Shown here: positions 57,601-64,000 of the stretch, piece after piece | Layout of the letters: every line of letters starts with the position of its first letter | Position numbering within the stretch: position 1 is the stretch's first letter | From: Tubulanus polymorphus | Lineage: Eukaryota > Animalia > Nemertea | Assembly (NCBI RefSeq): GCF_964204645.1 | Contig: NC_134026.1 | Coordinates: forward strand, 30,600,150-30,664,149 | Reading direction: 5' to 3' | Length of the DNA: 64,000 nucleotides | Made by a program: the position numbers and the translations under genes | Notes under the pieces: model-generated | The model's database searches: none | The model's input: the letters and a program-made list of their open reading frames with translations, nothing else | What the model was told of the DNA's origin: nothing

Positions 57601-60229
57601 GGAAGACTGACTACCACTATCTATACACATGCCACACAAAATACCAAATCATCCACTTATCATGAAAAATAGTCTGGATTGTTTCCTCGAAGATTCACCG
57701 ACTTAATACTTATATGGTATTCTGGTCGACTCGTTGATTGGATGGCTGGATGACCGAACGATTGAGTCTACATTTGGGCCATTTTATGTTGTTATGTATG
57801 GCAAGTCTCCAAAACTAACGGTCGAAAAACCAATGGCATTACATTCACGACCACCATTCTTTGGTGTATGCAGGGAGGTGACATCCCTGGTGTATGTATG
57901 CAATACAGAGCGTAGGTTTTGATCACTGATTCAGATAAAATCCAATGAAGTTTGAAGATTTATATTGTATATAAGTATCAATCAGCTAATCATTACATAA
58001 TCACAAAAGACAGTACCATTCTTTTCGTTGGATTGAGATTTCACTCCGCCGCTTGACGTCAATACAAGTTACTCATTAATGATCGTTTATGTCAGTAATT
58101 AGTGCGTACTAATTGACTGAATTCATCATCAGGAAATTCAGGCGGGATTCAATCTTCTTCTAGCTTATTTGATATTTGATTTTCCACTGAAATACATTGG
58201 CAGATGTTTAAATTTAGCCGACTAATAATCGATACTGTGTAAAGCTTACAGATACGACCGTTCCATTTATTTCAATTTAAGTATCAATCTTGTATCGATT
58301 ATGTCAGTAACGACTGACCAGACATTAATGGACTGATTGTCGAATTATTCATCGTTGAGAAGATGTATCAGGAATAGGGAACCAACATACCAGCTATCCC
58401 GTCAGATGGCGTGACGAGCATTCATATAGTCATTATCGATAAACTTCGAACTGTATTTTTTAGGCTCCAGAATCCATGCATTATCAGGACCCAACCAAAT
58501 TGCACATTCATTTCATTCGAATTTATTGAAATATAGAAGTAATCGAGTAACTGCTGGCGAACCTGGCGGATCCTTGCTTGCCATAAGTGGAATCCTCGAT
58601 TGCCATAGTATCCTCATTGAATCGGCTGGTGCGGTCGGTACATAGCAAAGTGGTGTGAGCGCGTGCAAACCAGGATCGCGTCTAAATTAGATTGAAATAT
58701 ATCAACTCAAAATATGAATTATTAACAAGATTATCGATAGATGCCTTCATCACGTGTTCAATCTCACGTATTCGTATTCACCGCTTTCCCCGCGTTTTAG
58801 TTGATATTTTGACATTAACCGTGAGTGCTTGATATTGATATCTACCGCGTATAAACCGGATTGCTGTTACACGGAAAATTTCACGTTGGAAAAAATTCGT
58901 TAGGAGATAAGCGTGCAGCGGCGGGGACAGACTACTAGTGTAAACCGACCGACCTTAAACACAAAAAGACACGTACCCTGTATAAAAACCCGTCGCTCGC
59001 AGGATCATGTTTGTGTTGAGATAAACCGATTTGACTAAGGGTGGATGTGATTGATCCGAACATGAGCCATTTCTATCTCCGTCATTATATAATCAAAGAA
59101 CATTCTTCTTGTTTGCTGTCTCTCTCCCTCTCACTTTCTCTCTCTTCCTCTCTCTTCAGAGTCTTCTCCTGAGGCCCGGTAGCATTCGCATACACTTTTT
59201 AAGACGACATTGAATGTGGGGATGGAATGTTGCTTCCTTGTGATGTTACCTGATATCTCAAGAAAGTATATTTCATGGATAAGAAACCATAAATTGAATG
59301 TGTCATCATAGTCTGAATATTGTCCACGTATAATGTGGTCATTTGCGTCGTGATTTATTGCAAAGCAAAATACATTTCATTTGATTTCAGGGGTAATTCT
59401 GGTTCTATATGAATTATATTTTTTTCCAATTAAGCTAATCAATGATTTTAAAAGATTTAAGAAACCATTGAAGAGGAAAATATCCTATTGCATGAAATGA
59501 CGTCTATCAGTCAGTGTTGGATTGCGCGTAAACTACAGACCATCTGGATCCAATTTCACAGTTGCGAGTTAACTCTGAACTCTAGTTTATTTGGTCAATA
59601 TAGAATTTAGACTCTGAACTCGGGATCCAGTTTCACAGTTGTGGGTTATAGAATTATTAGGTTATAGGGGATACCAACTTCCGGAGTCCGTCATTCAAAT
59701 CAATTTATTCGTCTTCGTCAACCAAAGTAGTCAGGTAGAGAAAGCAGATGGCTGTGAAACCTCAGTCGGTTGATTTTAAAAATGTGTCATTAATGTATCT
59801 GAGAGTGCAGTAGTTGTATGCAGGCAGGCAGGGCAGGCAGGCAGAGGCAGGCAGGCAGGCAGGCAGGCAGGCGGGGATATTATACTGGTTGAATCAGTGA
59901 ATATCGTGTCAGTTGGTGAGAGTCTTGATTAAGCTATTCACGATAAAAAAACCTTTTAGATAATGTGCACTACGCGCGCACCGTGTTCGTGTGTTTCTGT
60001 ACGTAGTGATTGATGAGCTTGGTTTCTAGTTTATTTGGTCAATATAGAATTTAGAGTCTGCAGTCGTTAAACACCTGCCCCACCATCGCAAATAAACAAA
60101 CAAAGAATGATTAGAAAATCAGGCATTACCAAAATTACTGCCATTTCACGTGTTAACAATGAAATTCCCGATGTAACCTCGGAATTCATGCACCGTTATC
60201 TTTGACCAACGTGTGAGCAATTGCAAACT

Positions 60230-60645
60230 CTGGGACAGGTTGCGCATATTTGAGTGGTTCAAAAGTGGTCTTGAGAGTTAAAAATGGTCTCGAATTGTAA
60301 CACTGTTTATAGTTCCAAAATGAGCTTAGACTAGCCTTAGGTTGTTAGATTGGCTATAGAACCAAAATGAGCTTAGACTGGTGTTAGGTTGTTAGATTGG
60401 CTATAGAACCAAATGAGCTTAGACTGGTCTCAAGTTGTTACACTGTTTATAGAACCAAAATGAGCTTAGACTAGCCTTAAGTTGTTAGATTGGCTATAGA
60501 ACCAAAATGAGCTTAGACTGGTCTTAAGTTGTTAGATTGGCTATAGAACCAAAATGAGCTTAGACTGGTGTTAAGTTGTTAGATTGGTTATTGAACTAAG
60601 TTGATCTTAGACTGGCATGTAAATCAAGTCGTGCAACTGGCGCCT
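60230..60645. mobile_element. MITE of the 11404 family with an internal 47-bp satellite (~7 units)
   Basis: Ends gggacaggttgcgc / gtgcaactggcgcc. The unit ttgttagattggctatagaaccaaaatgagcttagactggtcttaag is homologous to the MITE core. Confidence 0.75.
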
Positions 60646-61789
60646 GGACTTCACTTTTCAGTCTTTATTCCTCCTAACGCTTCGAGTGTCGAGGGATTCA
60701 CCTCGTATACAGACCTGTTATTAGGAGACTTAGCGCACATTGGAATTTAATGCCTTTTCATTTAAAAACTGACACTGAGAAATTCGATGATATAGTAGCT
60801 TATAAACGTCTGTACAGTTGAATGACTCGATGTGACGTATACTGGTATTAGTTTCAGTCGTTGTCAGCGGTAACCACCCGTCACTGCCGCCGCTATCCAC
60901 AGACCTCTGCTTTAATCCACCAATCTTTGCGTATTGACTTTTTACTTGACGTAGAGTTTCATCAGATCTTTCTTTCCGATTCGTTCTATATAGAACGAAC
61001 AGGTCCGATAACCGGGGGAAAACAGCCATGACCTTTATCACGTTTGAGGTGAGTAACCTCGTGTTGGAAGTGGTTTAGAAGATTTGGATTTGTAAATGTA
61101 GAATAACCCGTGGCGAATTAAAACAAATTTCAAAGATTAAAATAAAATCTATTTACCAAGAATTAAAATCGAGATCGAGACACCTAGATTCTTTCTCTCT
61201 AATAGATCATCGTCGGTCGAGTCCGAAACATCGTCACTTTCAAATATTGATTTTAATATTTGACAAATGAAATTCGTTTTTTATTTTTTGTATTTGTATA
61301 GTCGGGATTTTTATCATGATTCAAACGGTTCCTTATCGACATCGCTACAATTTCTAACTATCGTTGAGTTAATCGCGTAGACTACTTAAGGATCTCTATG
61401 CTTTATACGTATTATTCTTATGAGTGTAATCGGTAATCATTCCGTCAGATTGATTACAGTAGGTGTAACCGACTTTCAAGTCTCAGTGAATGCGGTACAA
61501 TCAAATAGCAATTTAGAAATCCCTGATTCCCAAATACACGCACGTTTTTTTGCTAGACTTGTCTCTTATCGATGACGTCAGCGGAAGTCATTAGACAGCC
61601 GACTGTTTGTAAGGTGTGAAGTTGGAAACCGTGAATACGGCGAGACCCGACCAGGGTCTTGCGTCGCCCTCTCAGCGGGATCTCACATAATGAACACAAC
61701 AAACACAACGTTCTATCAATTATCAATTTCGGAATGAAAGGAAATTACATCTATAGCTGCTGCTGCTCACTGAGTTTCTAGATCTACAA

Positions 61790-62140
61790 ACCAGTTTGAA
61801 TTATTTCGTAAGACGTGACTTATTAAATACCTATGTTCCTCGACGCAGTTCTCAATCAGCACTTCAAAAACAGACAATCCGAACTTACATTTGACACTTC
61901 AACTTTTGGACAGCGAGGTTTCTTGCGTCTAGCGCCAAGACTTTGGAATAAATCAAATCTTTCTGATTTGTCTCATCTTAATCTGGATCAGTTTAAAAGA
62001 GATCTTAAAACTATGTTGTTCTGTGACTCTATGCGATAAAATATTTCCAGAGGGTTGATTTGAACTGTATTATAGGATCCTTGCACCATATAAGCACAAT
62101 TTATAATTATATTAACATAATTGTCATCATTATCATTAAG
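61790..62140 (+). mobile_element. Degenerate 3' end of an L2/CR1-clade LINE
   Basis: YVPRRS then, after a frameshift, TFGQRGFLRLAPRLWN...LDQFKRDLKTMLF, typical of the L2 ORF2 C-terminus. An AT-rich tail follows. Confidence 0.75.
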
Positions 62141-63819
62141 ATGCTAGAAATCTATGGATATCAATAAAAGAAGATTGAGGGTAGATTCGGCGGGACGCAA
62201 GGACGATTTGCTAGATTTTTGTATGGCGGCTGTATCGTGGTTAGAGGTCCACTTGGACGTTCGCCGGCCGGTTCTGGAGACTTGCCTTACATAACAAGAA
62301 ATGACAATCAAGGGATTTACAAATTTCGAGGGTCCACCGTGTAAATCGCTTAATGTGTTTTGGCCGTCGATATGGTTTAGTCAAGTCGAGAAAACACATG
62401 ACTGCAAAACCTATCACATTCTGAGCTTCATCGTGTATAACATATAATACTATATCTATTTCATCTGAAGTGTGGGACTATTAATTTGTCTTATTAATCG
62501 ACCGAATCTCTTCTCATATACACATGATGCGGTCATGAACTCAATTAAGTTTTAGGTCCAGACTTCCGCTTAATTCTTCATCTTTCATTATTATCACGCG
62601 CTTCGAACTAATGTCGACAAAGATCTGTAGAATTCAAAATATTCTCGAATTAGTATCAACACAGAGCTGAAGACTTAACACAGCGATAGCGTGAAGTGGA
62701 CTGGGGGAACCTTGCCACCATTGACCAGACACAGTGCGTAATTTTGGCCCTCGAGTGTTTAAATGCAGTACACAATTGACGGCCAATATTTGCCAATTTG
62801 ACGTACGTCCCCGTATGCACGACCACTTCGGAAACACCGGACGCCTTGCATTCCCGCTGTTCTGTAGCTCTATTTGTCAAGACATTATAGATCGTCAAAA
62901 TTTGGCACTCGTCGTCTTGGAAGTTGCATCTTTTGGGAAACGCATTAAAAAAAAAATATCTCTATGACCAAAAGAGCTTCGTTTGAACTGCGCCTTACGA
63001 GGTCCCCTGATAGACTGCGTGAATACTGCATGATCTCAATTTTTGATCCAAGTCGTCGACACATTTCATATTCGGATACAGAATGAAATTACACGATACT
63101 TCAGCCGATTCCAGCCGCCACCAACATCAGTAATTCGATCAACTTTGACGTCATTCGGCACACGCCAGAAATCACCGATATCAACGCGCTCAAGTTCATC
63201 ACGATATTCACAACGATCCATTATTCTTTTCACCAAAAAAAAAATATGAAAACAAGTTTTATGACAAACATGAGAACAAAATAATCTAGACTAGACCATG
63301 TTTTGGTAATTGACTTTTACCTGTGCATATTTCTATTTCGGGATGTCTGAAACGATTCTGATTAATTGATATTACTAGTTGTATGTTCTCGAGTTATTAT
63401 TTCATGCTGAGTGGAGCCGGTTTGCTTGTATTATTTATTAGGACCTTTACACTAGAAATTGCCATGGAAGGAATGCATCACTGTTTTACCCCCAAATCAA
63501 TCATGGCTGACTGCAACATTACGAGAGGTTTCATCTTCAGATCGACCTCGGCAAGAAAAAAAACGAAACAAGCAATATATTCTCTATTTGAGCCAGGACG
63601 TCATCGCTGGGACCAATATTATCCAAAGGCAATATTGCTGTTTATGTGATAGTCTCATTTTACACAGTTCGCGATGCCGCTGCGTATCAGTAGCAAGTTC
63701 TGGGTTTGAAGTGTCATAGTTCTCACAGTTCGATGATCGTTAACAAGTCATTGAACAGTTTCCATGGGGAAGAGCAATTCCTCAAAGCAATCATCACTAT
63801 CGTCATTATATTTCACAAG

Positions 63820-63966
<147 letters not shown>

Positions 63967-64000
63967 TCGTGCCCAATGAAAACGAGTATTTATAGAATTA

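Noticed and set aside
60730-63249. Several 60-100-aa ORFs as possible nested genes
   Set aside because: No recognisable domains and no consistent splice chain.

Overview
Eukaryotic, AT-rich, intron-rich genomic DNA, most likely from a marine invertebrate (inference). No prokaryotic features or CRISPR were found. Genes rebuilt by hand from GT-AG exons: GADD45 family (-, 1626-2848), tRNA-Phe(GAA) (-), OMA1 metalloprotease (+, 9144-12049), MIER family ELM2-SANT corepressor (-, 15688-20221) head-to-head with DNAI4/WDR78 (+, 20502 to beyond 34050), and the first coding exon of an NMDA-type glutamate receptor (+, 45577-46002) followed by an apparent intron of 18 kb or more. This gene set echoes human 1p31-32 and its 19p13.3 paralogon. 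Non-coding DNA is dense in small mobile elements and tandem repeats. The most interesting signals are: (1) fold-back elements with Penelope-type minimal hammerhead ribozyme motifs, 13-bp flanking duplications and a one-sided ~34-nt tail; (2) a long-TIR element whose arms are outward-facing tRNA-like Pol III cassettes; (3) an orphan copy of OMA1 exon 5 with introns, inserted into a small palindrome with a 10-bp duplication; (4) MITEs expanding into satellites. All calls are by eye, without database searches.
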